A stretch of 63,020 nt of DNA, filler included, from Octopus bimaculoides (GCF_001194135.2; 4 parts of 4 records of this genome joined end to end with filler, not necessarily neighbours in it); one strand, 5' to 3'. Positions 38,988 through 53,239 are shown, counted from the whole stretch's first letter. The notes: generated by a model not told the origin, from the sequence alone. A program made the numbers and translations.

Positions 38988-39730
38988 GTCATCAGTTTGG
39001 GATATTTCTCGTCTGCATGTAAGGTTGCAGATGTTGATTCTGTAGTTTTTTTTTATCGTTTTATCAATAACGAAACGATAGCAACAATAACGAAATAAAA
39101 TAGCAACAACAATAATTTACCATTTATTTGTTATTAGCATATTACTGTTTGCTAACAGTAAGCAACAATTATTAATAAGCCTCATTTAAATACCGTCGAC
39201 GTTGGCTCTCAGGGGTCGATGAAATACAGCATCTGTGACCCCTACAGGGGTTGATAACATCAACTAACAAGCACTGTTTCAAGACTTCTGGCCTTGTGCC
39301 TGAATTAGAAGCAATTATTAAACGCTGTTTATTATTAGAAACACGGTTAATAATACAACATCTAGATGTGGTTTACACCCCAAACACATGCACTATTAGT
39401 TCCTGCCAAAATCTTCTTATCTTTCATTGCATTCATTATGTACCACCTACATATAACAGGTGCACTATCAAAACCCCGCAAATTATTTTCAACAAACCTA
39501 CATCCAATTCTATAAATATTTCTACGCTATAGACACACCTCAGTCATACATTTACCTCAATCCTCACCATTAATATATACACCACCACGACCACCACCAT
39601 AAGCTACCGCATACTATATTAATGGTTTTTAAATTTTTTTTTGTTTTTTATCACTTTGAATTTTTTTGTTCCCCACAACGCGAAAACTATTTTGTTTAGT
39701 CAGAATAAGCATCCCCCGCCGACTCTACTA

Positions 39731-39970
39731 TAATAATCCTTTCCACTATAGGCACAAGGCCTGAAATTGTTATTTTTATTCTCTTTGCGGGGAGGGGGGA
39801 AACTAGTCGATTACATCGACTCCAGTGTGCAACTGGTACTTACTTCATCGACCCCGGAAGGATGAAAGACAAAGGAAACCTCGGCGGGATTTGAACTCAG
39901 AACGTAGTGACGGGCGAAATACCGCTAAGCATTTTGCCCGGCGCGCTAACGATTCTGCCAGCTCGCCGCC
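39731..39970 (-). mobile_element. SINE family D, full length
   Basis: Minus: GGCGGCGAGCTGGCAGAATCGTTAG (A box), GAGTTCAAATCCC (B box), TTTCATCCTTCCGGGGTCGATGAAGTAAGTACCAG. Confidence 0.9.
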
Positions 39971-39984
39971 TTCGACTCCAACAT

Positions 39985-40175
39985 AATAATGGTTTCAAAT
40001 TTTGCCACAAGGACAGCAATTTGGCGGGAGTGGGTGAGTCGATTACATCGACCCCAATGTTTAACTGGTACTTATTTTATCGACTCCGAAAGGATGAATG
40101 GTAAAGTCGACCTCGGCGGAATTTCGTCCAGCGCGTTAAGCATTTCGTCCAGCGCGCTAACGATTCTACCAGCTT
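39985..40175 (-). mobile_element. SINE family D, second tandem copy with a small internal duplication
   Basis: ATTTCGTCCAGCGCG is repeated twice and replaces the B-box region. Confidence 0.8.
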
Positions 40176-40322
40176 GCAATAATATAGATTCGAAATATAT
40201 ATCTCTTGCGCTTCTCAACCACGTAGATTCGGGTTCAATTTAATTGCGTATCGTTTTGTGCAGATGTCTTACTACTTCCTCCCGGCAGACAATACTTTAG
40301 TAATGAATATGATTGACGGAGT

Positions 40323-40599
40323 GGAGGCACAATGGCACAGTGGTTAGGGCAGCGGATTCGTGGTCGTAGAATCGCGGTTTCGATTCCCAGACCGGGCGTT
40401 GTAAGTGTTTATTCCGCGAAAACACCGAAAGCTCCACGAGGCTCCGGCAGGGAATGGTGGTGATCCCTGCTGTACTCTTTCACCACAACTTTCTCTCACT
40501 ATATCATCCTGTATCTGTTGCACCTGTATTTCAAAGGGCCAGCCTTGTCGCACTCTGTGTCATGCTGAATCTTCCCCGAGAACTACGTTAAGAGTACGC
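40323..40599 (+). mobile_element. SINE family B, 3' truncated
   Basis: Intact tRNA-like head GGAGGCACAATGGCACAGTGGTTAGGGCAGCGG..GGTTTCGATTCCC. Confidence 0.9.
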
Positions 40600-40699
40600 T
40601 TATGTGTGTGTGTGTGTGTGTGTAGACAGATATATCTACGAACACATCAATGTGTATGTATCCAGATATACATGCACATCTGTACAGATATATTCTTTC

Positions 40700-41058
40700 G
40701 TTCTTTTACTTGTTTCAGTTATTTTACTTTGGACATGCTGGAGCACCGCCTTTTGGCCGAAGAGATCGATCCCTGGACGTATTCTTTGCAAATTAGTACT
40801 TATTCTATCGAATCTTTTGCCGAACCGCTAGGTTACGAGGACTTAAACCCTTCGGTTGTCAAGCGATGGTGGTGGGGACAACACAGGCACAACACATATA
40901 TACGACGAGCTTCTTCCAGTTACTGTCAGCCAAGTACACTCACAAGGCTTTGGTCGGTCAGATGCTATAATAGAAGACACCTGCTGAAGGTGCCACGCAG
41001 TGGGACTCAACCCATAACCATGTGGTTGGGAAGTAAGCTTCTTACCACACAGCCACGC
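40700..41058 (-). mobile_element. SINE family A, full length
   Basis: Colinear reverse complement of 34870-35270. Confidence 0.9.
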
Positions 41059-42254
41059 TTATTAAACATATATATCTATATGTAAGTGTGTATACATCAA
41101 TATGTAAGTGTGTATCCGTATTTGTGTATGTGTATGTGTGTGTGTAGATATACACTCGTATGCATGTGTATATATATATATATGATTATTAAACACCTAT
41201 ATCTATGAATAAATCAATGTGTGTGTATGTATGTATTTAGGTGCGTGCGGTTGTGTTTGTGTGTGTGTATGTGTTTGTGTATTAGTGTGTGTGTGTGTGT
41301 GGGGGGGTGATTGGATGTGATCCCTTGTTTGAACTGTCAACTAAATGACAAATTTCATAACGCGGTTATTCATTCAGTCAATAAATATAAACGCACAAAC
41401 GATAAAGAATAAAAAAAAAAACGCGTAGAATGACTATCAAAGAGCTTGACTTAGAAGAGGTGAGGAAAGAAATAATGAGGGCGCTCAATGTGAATTATGT
41501 CAAGTTTAACGCGGAACTCACAGAAGATACGAAAGCTGTAAACATTAATAGTCAGGGGAGGTCACTCATAAGTAACTAAATAATCGGTGACTTGAAATAT
41601 ATATTAATTTATTGCATATATATANNNNNNNNNNNNNNNNNNNNNNNNNNNNNNNNNNNNNNNNNNNNNNNNNNNNNNNNNNNNNNNNNNNNNNNNNNNN
41701 NNNNNNNNNNNNNNNNNNNNNNNNNNNNNNNNNNNNNNNNNNNNNNNNNNNNNNNNNNNNNNNNNNNNNNNNNNNNNNNNNNNNNNNNNNNNNNNNNNNN
41801 NNNNNNNNNNNNNNNNNNNNNNNNNNNNNNNNNNNNNNNNNNNNNNNNNNNNNNNNNNNNNNNNNNNNNNNNNNNNNNNNNNNNNNNNNNNNNNNNNNNN
41901 NNNNNNNNNNNNNNNNNNNNNNNNNNNNNNNNNNNNNNNNNNNNNNNNNNNNNNNNNNNNNNNNNNNNNNNNNGTAGTCTGTTATGGAATTATAAGCAAG
42001 CTGGTAACAAGTCTGCAAAAATTTTGTCTGATTGTATCTATGTGAAAGCTAAAATCGTATTACATATAAAGTGACCTAAGATTGTGGAACAAAATATAAT
42101 TTTAATTTTTTTTTATACATCGATTTTCCATTTACCAGTGAGGTGAGAGAGAGAGAGAGTGAGAGAGTGAGAGAGAAAGAGCGAGCGCGCACACACGCAT
42201 TATTTCTTTGTCTGATTAATCAATCTATCTAAATACACACACACATGTACAGGC

Positions 42255-42301
<47 letters not shown>

Positions 42302-43296
42302 CATAAACACGCACACATATATGTACATATTTACATACACATAGATGCACATACCATTAATTCATATTAATTTCCCGCATGTATATTAATTTCACGCAGA
42401 CTTTGGTGTATTCTGTGAAGCTGTCGGTGTCCAATGCACTGAATGTAGTAGTACTCAATGGAGGACAATATTGTTGAGAAGAAGAAGAAGAATTTAGTTA
42501 TACTACTATTCAAAGTAACAACTGACTCAAACGTTGGTAGATATTGGGACAATGTGTGTGCGAAACAGTCTCCTTATTAACAATGATGATGTTCATGAAG
42601 AATTAGATACAGAAGATAGAGTATTGTGTGAGGGAAGAGGAATTATTCAACTGGAGATCCCACGATTCTGGAGCAAGTAATCAGGTTTGGACATGGAAAA
42701 CCGTCTATGACTGTCTACATCAGCCGAGGCGGCCAGGTGAAGAGAGTTATGATATCCAAGCGGTACCACAAATAGCACGGCTTCACCAGATCGCTGCCAA
42801 CCAACGAAATACACACTAAACGATGTTCTTCATTAGACGACATCTTTCCAGTAGCGACTGGGGTAAATCATTAGCTTCTGCCGATTAAACTACCACTGTT
42901 ACTGTGTACTACAACTGTTACTGTGTGTGTGTGTGACAGTGTGCGCGCGCGCGCGTGAACGAATTAGGCTTAATTATGTGGTCCGCCTTTTAGTGAAAAT
43001 CACTCCGTTCCGAAAAGTTTGGAAGACATTCGGAATGAATTGTACTTAACATGTAAATACATAAGCTTTCTTTCGGAAAATTCATGCGGGTAGTAGTGAA
43101 AACACTCGTCGTGCAAGACAACTACATACATATGAATATAATGTTTTCTACAAACCACAATGTAGCCTTTCATAACTGTGCAGCTCTTGAGACAAGGCGA
43201 GTTAGCGCTGAAAACAGACCCGGCAAGAGAGCAGTTTAGCAGTGCCAAAATTTTATTGTGCGCTTCAGTTTTAATTTTTGATTCGATCATTCCCTG

Positions 43297-43338
<42 letters not shown>

Positions 43339-43369
43339 NNNNNNNNNNATATATATATATATATGTATG

Positions 43370-43700
43370 TATATTATAAACACGTGTATAAGTCACAATT
43401 CCGTATAAGATGTACCCCTAACTTACAAATATACTTTCCGTGAGAATCATTTTGTGCGTTCCGTCACCATGAAGTAATACTGATGATTTGCAAAGTAAAA
43501 AAGATAAAACATGATTTTGTGCGTGTACTTACATCTATGAAATCATATATAATAACACTATCCTGATTATGAAAAGAAAAGAAATTAAATTTACTGAAGA
43601 TGAAAGAAATAGCGAACGTTGGTTCATGTGAATACTAGTATATGCAGACAAAGAAAATATGGCAGTAAAAGAGTAGTACAAAGCAAGCGACAATGTGCAA
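43370..43700 (+). mobile_element. Possible pogo-like transposon remnant
   Basis: GTGTATAAGTCACA..CGTATAAGATGTACCCC resembles pogo-type terminal repeats; downstream sequence only loosely resembles a transposase N-terminus. Confidence 0.3.
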
Positions 43701-45064
43701 TAAAAATAAAACCGAATGAATTCCTGTACATGCAGACGATGTAAGCAAATATTTTATTAATATTCGTATACAGCAGGCATGACGGGTAAAAAAGTAAGTG
43801 AATTCTAATAGAAACTGAGGTTTCAGGGAACGGTATAAGCTAGTTAAGTTGCAGCGTAATACAATAGACGTGATAAAAATGTTTAATTGATATATAGTTA
43901 ATTATTTGCAAAACCCAGGAAATTCTTATTCTCGGAACCAGATAAAACACCATCAACAACCTTGAATGCATATTTTTACTGCTCGTATCAATATTAAATT
44001 CTCTACATCATTTAAATTCTCTACAATTCGATCTGTGCCGTTTATATATTTTTCACTCAATGCATCGTCCTCAGTAACCGTAAAGAGGAATGAATAATGT
44101 CATATTTTTGTAATAACTTTATAAGAGCCTTTCTCTTATATTATTCTCTGAATTTTTATTACGTACTTCTATAATGTTAGACCCCTTTCTTAATGTTTTG
44201 CAGCTGAAAATAATCAACTCATTTCTCTTAATCCGCACGAATTCATTAAATATATTGATTGAGCTGTAAACGACTGGTAAGATCCCCTTCCGTTTCAGTT
44301 GTGTCTTTATTTGTCCAATTCGGTTTCCAACAAGCTCAGTCCAAAGAGCATTAAAAGCGGTCCTGATACTGCTGGTCTATTTAACAGCTCACCATGACGA
44401 CTGGCTTAATAACTTACCAACAATACTGTTCAACTCTAATTTATCTTAACTTTGGATGAAACTGAGCAGGAAGTCCTTTCTTTTTTAGGCGACGATTTCT
44501 TTTCTTTTAAACATCAAAAATGGGAGCAGTTTTGTGCCTCAACGTATCATACTAAAACATCATGGCCACATGTTAACTGGTATGCATTTCATGCCTTTGG
44601 ATTTCAAATTCAAATGACAGAGGGACTTTGTTAATTTCTGATACAGGAAAAGAGCTATTTGGTACATTTTATTTCGTTATTTGTTTATTTATTTGATTAC
44701 TTCTTTGTTATTTTGTATTAATAGTATATCAATGAACTTCCTCGATTTTATCGTCATATTCATTCAGGAGGCATTTTCTTCTGTTCTTATTCTAGGCCTC
44801 TCCTAGAGGCTATTTTTACTTGCGAATCTGATGTTTGTTCTCTGAATCCATTGTATGTCTGTTAGTTGCTATTGGCTTTCGAAGAGAAATCATTTTTGCA
44901 TCAACTGAAATAACAAAGCATTTTTCCTCAATCGCTTATGTATTTAATTCTTCAAACCTGTCCTCTAAATAATTTGCTCATAAGTCAATGATTTTATCTT
45001 TCTTTCTTCAAGCCTTTTCTTTCTTCAAGCTTTTGCTTTCTTCAAGCCTTTATATTTTTATAAG

Positions 45065-45205
45065 TTACTGCTAGAGATATAGAAAAAAGGGTGCGAATGG
45101 CTAATAACGACGGGGGCGTGCATCAAAAGGTATGTAAAATTTCCTCCCTCGACATGAGCTTCATTCTCATTTGCTTTACAGATATGCCGCCAATATTATA
45201 AAAGA
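45065..45205 (+). CDS. Candidate internal exons of an unidentified gene (45065-45129 joined to 45182-45205)
   Basis: Acceptor ttttataag, donor AAG|GTATGT, acceptor tttgctttacag, donor AGA|GTAAGA. Open frame TARDIEKRVRMANNDGGVHQK|ICRQYYKR. The intron is only 52 nt. Confidence 0.2.
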
Positions 45206-45338
45206 GTAAGAGAGAGAGAGAAATCAATGCAATATGTTTATGTAGAAACACATACACATATGCAGTCACGCAAGGATTTAAATTTATATTGCAATAATTA
45301 GAGCTCGTTACACTAAGAGGTATACAATTTTATATAAC

Positions 45339-45390
<52 letters not shown>

Positions 45391-45602
45391 GAATATGAAT
45401 ATACGATTAATCCATGTATCTATTTCAATAGCTGCATGAGTTGTCGATTTGTAATTGTAGAACTCATTGTAGAACAATTTCGAAGTAAGTATATACACGT
45501 GTGTGGGTAGTTGTATGTGTGTGTATGTACATTTGTGATTTGTGTTTAAGTTCGCGAGAACATGTGAATATATCACACACACGCACAATCATACACACGC
45601 AC

Positions 45603-45687
<85 letters not shown>

Positions 45688-46609
45688 CACGAGCGAGGGA
45701 GAGAGAAAGAAAGACAGAATGAGAAAGGAGAGAGAGTTTTAAGTAGTTTTCAATTTAATGTATTTTTGTGTTTGGGGAAATAATTTTTATTAAAAATAAT
45801 ACAAACCAATAATGTAAGGGAAGCTGAGAGAAGTGAAGTGTAATCGGTTTGTTTATTCAGTATCCAGAGAATTAAATCTGAGACTGATATTGAAAAATAC
45901 ATATGCATGAACATATGTTGAGGAATTATGAAATGTTAGCAACAATACAAAAACCAAATATTGCAAGTTGCAATAACGATTCTATTTTGATATGAAATAT
46001 TGATATATATTTTAGAAGAATGTACGCTGAAATATACATATGGAACGGGAAGAATAATTGGATGCGGTGCAATTCAGGGGCTATGAAGATACTAGGGCTA
46101 TGGCAAACAGAGACAATATAGCGGGTAAACATATATAGATGTACACATACAAACACGCACACATACACACACATGCTAAATTATAGACAAATACATTTAC
46201 ATAGAGTATTAAAAGTCCTGAATACTAAGCAGAGAATGCATAGCGTTTTACTTCGACAGCTATTACTGAAAGCTCAGAATTACGCGATAATTGCAATGTT
46301 CATAATTAACAGATAAAATGTGCAAAATTAGCCTTTGGCAATTCTCTCTCCTGATGAAGGAAGCCGGTCTTATTGCAATATCTCTATGCGACAATTTACT
46401 GTTTGCATACCCATGACTTTTAGTGTATTCCTTCTGCTAATTAGGAACATTCCTTATTTAATGTTATTCCGAACTTTCAGAAACATTCACTACTTAGTAT
46501 TCTGGAAGTTTTATACTCTGTGTAAATAAATTTGTCTCTATGTAAATATCTATTTTCTTATACATAAGCCTGTATGTTCTCAAAATATTTCGTGATATTC
46601 TTTTATTAT

Positions 46610-46810
46610 TTTACTGGTTTCACTCATTTGACTGCGGCCATGCTGGAACACCGCCTTAAAGGATCTTTAGTAGAAGAACTGGACCACAGACATTCTTCTT
46701 TGTAATCTTTGTAATCTTCTTTTTCTAATCGGGTATTTTGCCGAACCGCTACATTACGGAGTTACAAACACATCAGCATCGGTTGTCAAACATGGAGACA
46801 AACACGGACA
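46610..46810 (-). mobile_element. SINE family A, 3' half
   Basis: TCATTTGACTGCGGCCATGCTGGAACACCGCC..TTTTGCCGAACCGCT..CATCGGTTGTCAA. Confidence 0.8.
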
Positions 46811-48352
46811 CCCCCCCCCACACACACACACGCACACACACACACGAACACGCACACACACACATACACACATATATGTGTGTGTATGTATGTATGTATG
46901 TATTATCTATTTATCTACGTAACTATCTATCAATCTATATATGGATATATATATATATATATATANNNNNNNNNNNNNNNNNNNNNNNNNNNNNNNNNNN
47001 NNNNNNNNNNNNNNNNNNNNNNNNNNNNNNNNNNNNNNNNNNNNNNNNNNNNNNNNNNNNNNNNNNNNNNNNNNNNNNNNNNNNNNNNNNNNNNNNNNNN
47101 NNNNNNNNNNNNNNNNNNNNNNNNNNNNNNNNNNNNNNNNNNNNNNNNNNNNNNNNNNNNNNNNNNNNNNNNNNNNNNNNNNNNNNNNNNNNNNNNNNNN
47201 NNNNNNNNNNNNNNNNNNNNNNNNCAACCGTACAGCCTTGACCGCGCCTATATGTGTATGTATCTGCCTATATGTATGCGTGTGTGCGCGCGTACACGCG
47301 CGCGCTTACTTTTTATGTATATGAAACCTAACAGTGTCTATCTGCATCACAATCCTCATATCAGTTTACCTGAGTTTCGTTTATAACCATTCTTTAGCCC
47401 TCGGACGTGGTCCCCGTAAAGATTTCGGAGCTTATGTTGAAATTATTTTAATACAACTACGTATTTCCAATATTGAGCATTTCTAGCTCCCGTCTTTTGA
47501 TTGTATTTTTTATGTGTGTGAGTGTGTGTTTCAGTATGTGTATATGTATGCGTGTGTGTACGTTCACACGTATTCTTGTACATGTGCGCAGCGGCTTGTG
47601 TTTCTATACTCAATATACATGCATATGCTTATGTATATATTTACATATATTTACACACACACACACAAACACACACACATGTATATATATATATATATTT
47701 GTATGTACGTATTCCATTGTAGCGTATTATTCATCTGCTACTCTATAGGCCAAGAAGAAATTAGTTCAAATATTTCTGGAATATGCACACAATGACTAGA
47801 CGTAGTGGGATGCCTAAGTTCTCTATTAGTTCTATATCCGGCAATCTTTTATTCTGAAAATCTGTATAATTTCCATCTAGTCTCTTGTATCTTGCACTTC
47901 CAGACTTCGTTCTTTCATGAGAGTATTCTGATATAGTTTAATACTAAAATCCTTCGGCGGTCTTCCTTCATGAATTCACTCACCATAGCACATGCGTATT
48001 CACTAGCGTGTGTGTGTATGTGTGTGTTTAATTGTCGTCATTTATCTACACACACACACACACACATATTAAGACATGTACATATACAAACTATAAACAA
48101 ACGTCTGCATTGATTCCATCGATACGTAAGTTTGTGCATATGAACAGATACTACGGACATACACAGACATCTCGTGACCATACACAAGCTCACACACGAA
48201 AACGTACACGTATGCATTCGCACATAGGAAGACACACACGCGCGCGCGCATACATAAATGCATACATATATATAAATATATATATATATATTGATAAGAA
48301 GGACAACAAAAGAAAGAAAGAGACCTCGATATTATGTAAATAGAGGAATTTA

Positions 48353-48587
48353 TCTGTAAAAATATGTGACGCTTATTCAGTAGCCATTATTAACCTCCGA
48401 GTTTCGGATGCCAGGGTGGGAGCCCACGCCAACATCTCTCCAGTTATCCGGCCATTGAAAATTCTTTATTTCAATTCCAATGTCAATGGCCGGATAACTG
48501 AAGAGATATTGGCGTGGCTTTCACCCTAGCATACGAAACTCAGAGTTTTATAATGGCTACTGAATAAGTGTCACATATTTTTACAGA
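48353..48587. mobile_element. Palindromic MITE (arms ~106 bp, spacer ~24 bp, TA flanks)
   Basis: TCTGTAAAAATATGTGACGCTTATTCAG..CAGTTATCCGGCCATTGA is mirrored by TCAATGGCCGGATAACTG..CTGAATAAGTGTCACATATTTTTACAGA. Confidence 0.85.
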
Positions 48588-48785
48588 TATATATACATAT
48601 ATNNNNNNNNNNNNNNNNNNNNNNNNNNNNNNNNNNNNNNNNNNNNNNNNNNNNNNNNNNNNNNNNNNNNNNNNNNNNNNNNNNNNNNNNNNNNNNNNNN
48701 NNNNNNNNNNNNNNNNNNNNNNNNNNNNNNNNNNNNNNNNNNNNNNNNNNNNNNNNNNNNNNNNNNNNNNNNNNNNNNNNNNNNN

Positions 48786-48825
<40 letters not shown>

Positions 48826-49773
48826 ATGACTCCTTTGCGTTATCAGATGATAACGTTTAGTAACTATTCGCGTTGTGTCTCTTTTTCTCTTTTCTCCGTC
48901 ATAACATTTGATGAAGTTGACTCGGATAAAAATATATCAGATCTATTGGAAACATAACAACCAAAAAAGAACATTTCTAGAGGATGCATTGTCTCAAAAC
49001 TCATAGACCGTGAATGTGAGACATATGTACATCAGTGTATTCTATATACTTGTGCTTCTTACAAATATATGATGCTAATAACGTGTCTGTCGTGAACAAT
49101 GAAGTGAGAAGCAGGAAGAAAAATACCGGTAAATATTTCAGTCATAGATTTTTTATTAACGGGCATTCTCCAGTCAATTTCCAATAAAAGGATACCCAAA
49201 AGATAGCAAGGTTCTGATCTGGGAATTTTCCTTTCTCCGGTTGGTTTTACTGCACACCCAGATGCAAACTTGCTCATTCCTACGTTCCGCATGCATACAT
49301 GAATAGGTATATATATTTACAAATGTGTATATGCATATATACATAAATATAAATACAGACATATACACACGCATGCATGCATATTTACAGACGGTTTTCA
49401 TACACAATTTCATGCAATCATATACTCACATATCATAACGGGTTTATGCACACAGGCATACTCATATATAAATGAGTACACTTATATATATNNNNNNNNN
49501 NNNNNNNNNNNNNNNNNNNNNNNNNNNNNNNNNNNNNNNNNNNNNNNNNNNNNNNNNNNNNNNNNNNNNNNNNNNNNNNNNNNNNNNNNNNNNNNNNNNN
49601 NNNNNNNNNNNNNNNNNNNNNNNNNNNNNNNNNNNNNNNNNNNNNNNNNNNNNNNNNNNNNNNNNNNNNNNNNNNNNNNNNNNNNNNNNNNNNNNNNNNN
49701 NNNNNNNNNNNNNNNNNNNNNNNNNNNNNNNNNNNNNNNNNNNNNNNNNNNNNNNNNNNNNNNNNNNATATAC

Positions 49774-49847
<74 letters not shown>

Positions 49848-51206
49848 TCATGCCAATACATAAGCACATATACAAACATGTACACGCACATACATACGTA
49901 CATAGTCACTTATGTACGTAGTACAAACACATATTTATAAACATACATATATACTCATGTATACTCTGCAAAAAACCTGTATATATTCTAATATTTCCAT
50001 TAATGCTTGACAAGTTGAAGTTGTGACCTTTCTGAAGTGATTGGATTCGAAGTGTCAAAGGAATATCGGATACATATTGTCTCTGAAACGTTAACTTCGT
50101 TGAAGGATGGTAGAACTCTGTTTATTCATCTTGTGACATTTTAAATCCGAAGCATGAGAGCAAGAATCCCGGTAGATTTGAGTCGTTGACAGCGCTAATA
50201 CGCGGTCGTATTAATTCCTTAATTCGTTCAACTTTGTTTTTTTTTTTATTTTTAGTTTTTGTAGTTTGTGAGATGAAATAAATTACTAGATAGAGACTGG
50301 TATCGATTAATGATCATATGAAACAAAAGACAATATCCAGTGCAGTATATTAAAGTTCAAATATATAAGTTTCTTATTAATTGAAATGAAATCGTTATGC
50401 ATATTTTAGTTTCCACCCATCTGCAAATAATTAAGTAATACAAATGAGAGAAAGCATTGTATTCGGCGTGTCAAATTTGTGAGCATTTTATGTGAGATAC
50501 CCCGAGATACCTCACGCAAGTGCTCTTAGGAACCTTCTCTTGTTATTCTTTTGTTCAATTCAGAGGTTTATTTTATTATTATTTTTTTTGTTTGATAACT
50601 TATTTATCAATGTGTCTGTATTTCTTGTTGATCTCAGCCTTTCAGTTAAATTTGTCTATTGTTTTCCGTGTTTTATGTGTATATTTTGATTTAGCTTTGG
50701 ATTCCTGTGACCATCAAAGGAATCATATAATTGCTCTATAATGTTCAACTCTTTAACACATTCAAATTTTATGATTTAAACAAACTGATCTATGAAACAA
50801 AAACAAAATAATGATAATTTCGAGTGCTAAGATTCAAACACCGTTTACAATAAAAAAAAACTTAAAGACGTATCGAAATGTTTTATATAATATAAACAAT
50901 GACATGAAGATGAAAAAATTTAAGCATCATTATAGAAACAATATTGACAAAACAAGGAACATAATAGGCACAACAATTGATTACAATTAATAAAATAATA
51001 ATATTGTCATTATATAAGACGTCACAAAATATCATTATATTGTGATGTAGATCGAAGATATTGTCTGTACCGGGAATTTATAATTTCTGATACATCGTAA
51101 CGAGAGAACAAAACATGCATTTTTCATAATCAGAAATTTTCCTTCATCAGCTGCCAGTCGGATAACCTTATAATTTCGACACCTTATATATACATACTCA
51201 TATATA

Positions 51207-51252
<46 letters not shown>

Positions 51253-52214
51253 TGTGTGTGTGTGTGTGTGTGNNNNNNNNNNTGTGTGTGTGTGTGTGGG
51301 TGTGTGTGTGTGTGTGTGTGTGCGTGTGTGTGTGTGTGTGTGCGTGCGTGTGTGTATGTGTGACAGAGAGAGAGAAAGAGAGATTGAACGTGTATGTGTA
51401 TGGAGGCATAAGATCCTAAGATTCGCACCAATCTATAGACATAATTCTCATCTTCCAACATCGGAATATGTACGTATGTGAGCCACGAGCCTGTCGCTCG
51501 TGTGTCTCTTTGAGTGTGTACGCAGGGAAGTAGAACAGCTTTTCTTATTTTTGAAATTGCAGATAACGGTGAAGTGTGTCTGAAAAAAAAACGCATGACA
51601 CTTCTGAAATATCGAAGCCAAATACTTTGTGTCGGAGCCGATTGATTCCTATTTCTGAATCTATGTCATAAAGCAGTGAAATGACAACTTGCAATTTTAT
51701 ATACTTGTATTGTAATGGTGAGATGAGAGAGAAGAACAGGAAAGAGACTTAAAACAAACACAGGCAAACGCTGAGACTACACTTATATATAGCTATATAG
51801 AATATTTGATAACCAGCTTGAGCCACCCATGAATATAGCAGCCGGTTATCCATCATACTTTCAAAAAATGGGGGTAGGAAATCATAAACATTTATGTTAT
51901 ACGGTCATGCGTATATTTCCTCCATATTTTTTGACTGAACCTTCATTTTATAATTATTGCTTGAAATGTGGACATCTACAATACGATGCTATGCTACACC
52001 GATATTAACTACTTAATATATAAATTTAAAATGGCGAATATTCTGGATTTTGCTCACAAATACAGGCGAACACACCTTATAATCTATTAAACATGTAGAA
52101 ACAATAGTATTTTGTATGCATTTATGGGGAATTAATAAAACATTTCTAAATATTAACTTGTACACATACACCCACGCACACACTCACACTCACCTACACA
52201 AAACATGCGTAAAA

Positions 52215-52252
<38 letters not shown>

Positions 52253-52578
52253 ACAAGTACATAGAATAACAGGGGAAAGGAAAGAGGAAGAAAGAAAGAG
52301 AGACTGATACGACAGCTACGTAATGTTTCCGAATAGCTGTATTAGTTTTACACGGCAGAGCATCCTTAAATATAGATATAACGAAGATTATCCTTAGACA
52401 TATATTTATTCATAAATAATGACGCTAAATAGAATATATAAATAGAAAGTTTGATACATAAATGTACTAGCAAGAAGGTAACTAAATTATGCGAGTGGAT
52501 ATGTACAACTTCAGAGATAGAATGTCAAAAACACTGATAAAAACCTATATAGAAAGATAACAATCTAGTATGGGTGCA

Positions 52579-52848
52579 GTGAGTTCGATTTGCGGACCGG
52601 ACTGTTTGTTGTGTTCTTGAGCAAGACATTATTTCACGTTGCTTTTGTTCACTCAGCTGTAGAATGAGTTGCAACGTCATCGGTGACAAGCTGTACTCGC
52701 CTTTGCCTTTCTCTTGGATAACCTCGATGGGGATGAGAATGGAGGCTGATATGCATGGAGGACTGCCATAAATAACATTGCTCGGACTTGTGCTTCGGAT
52801 GGGAACTTTCTAGGTGCAATCCCATAGTCATTCATGATCGAAGAGGGT
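52579..52848 (+). mobile_element. SINE family C (head H1 remnant + body 1)
   Basis: Homologous to 1348-1656. Confidence 0.8.
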
Positions 52849-53149
52849 TCTTTCTGGTATGGGTGTGTGTTTATGTGCATTTGTGAATGTGAGTGCGTGC
52901 ACATAAGAGCATTCATGACAGCATGGGCCCATAGTTGTCATCTTCGGACATTTGGAGTATTCTATTCAACACCTAGCACAAATGCATTCTTCTCACGATT
53001 CGTATAAACTTCACACTCATACATTTACAATCACGGTCACACATTTACCCACACAGTCACACATTCACACTGACACGCACACACACACAACACACACACA
53101 CATACACACACACACGCATAGACACACACAGCACATACGCACACAGATG

Positions 53150-53180
<31 letters not shown>

Positions 53181-53239
53181 TGTGTGTGTGTGTGTGTGTG
53201 TTCATAACTCTATGACATATAGTTTAGCGTGTAAAGGTA

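Noticed and set aside
37967-39098. Signal-peptide-like ORF MTTYRLSFLAAAAES.. followed by poly-L/T, mucin-like
   Set aside because: It is a (CTG)/(CTA) repeat expansion spanning a gap, and all frames are open for the same reason.
40323-40400. tRNA gene (A and B boxes present)
   Set aside because: It continues into a SINE body seen in multiple copies and has no acceptor-stem closure or oligo-T terminator, so it is a SINE head.
42400-42860. Possible LINE (RTE) ORF2 3' remnant
   Set aside because: The resemblance is too vague and no RT motif is readable.
46351-46380. CTGATGAAGG as a further hammerhead
   Set aside because: No stem II closure or GAAA box follows.
51563-51645. Exon candidate after strong acceptor ttttgaaattgcag (NGEVCLKKKRMTLLKYRSQILCVGAD*)
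   Set aside because: It is a single splice signal with no recognisable homology, and such sites are common by chance in AT-rich DNA.
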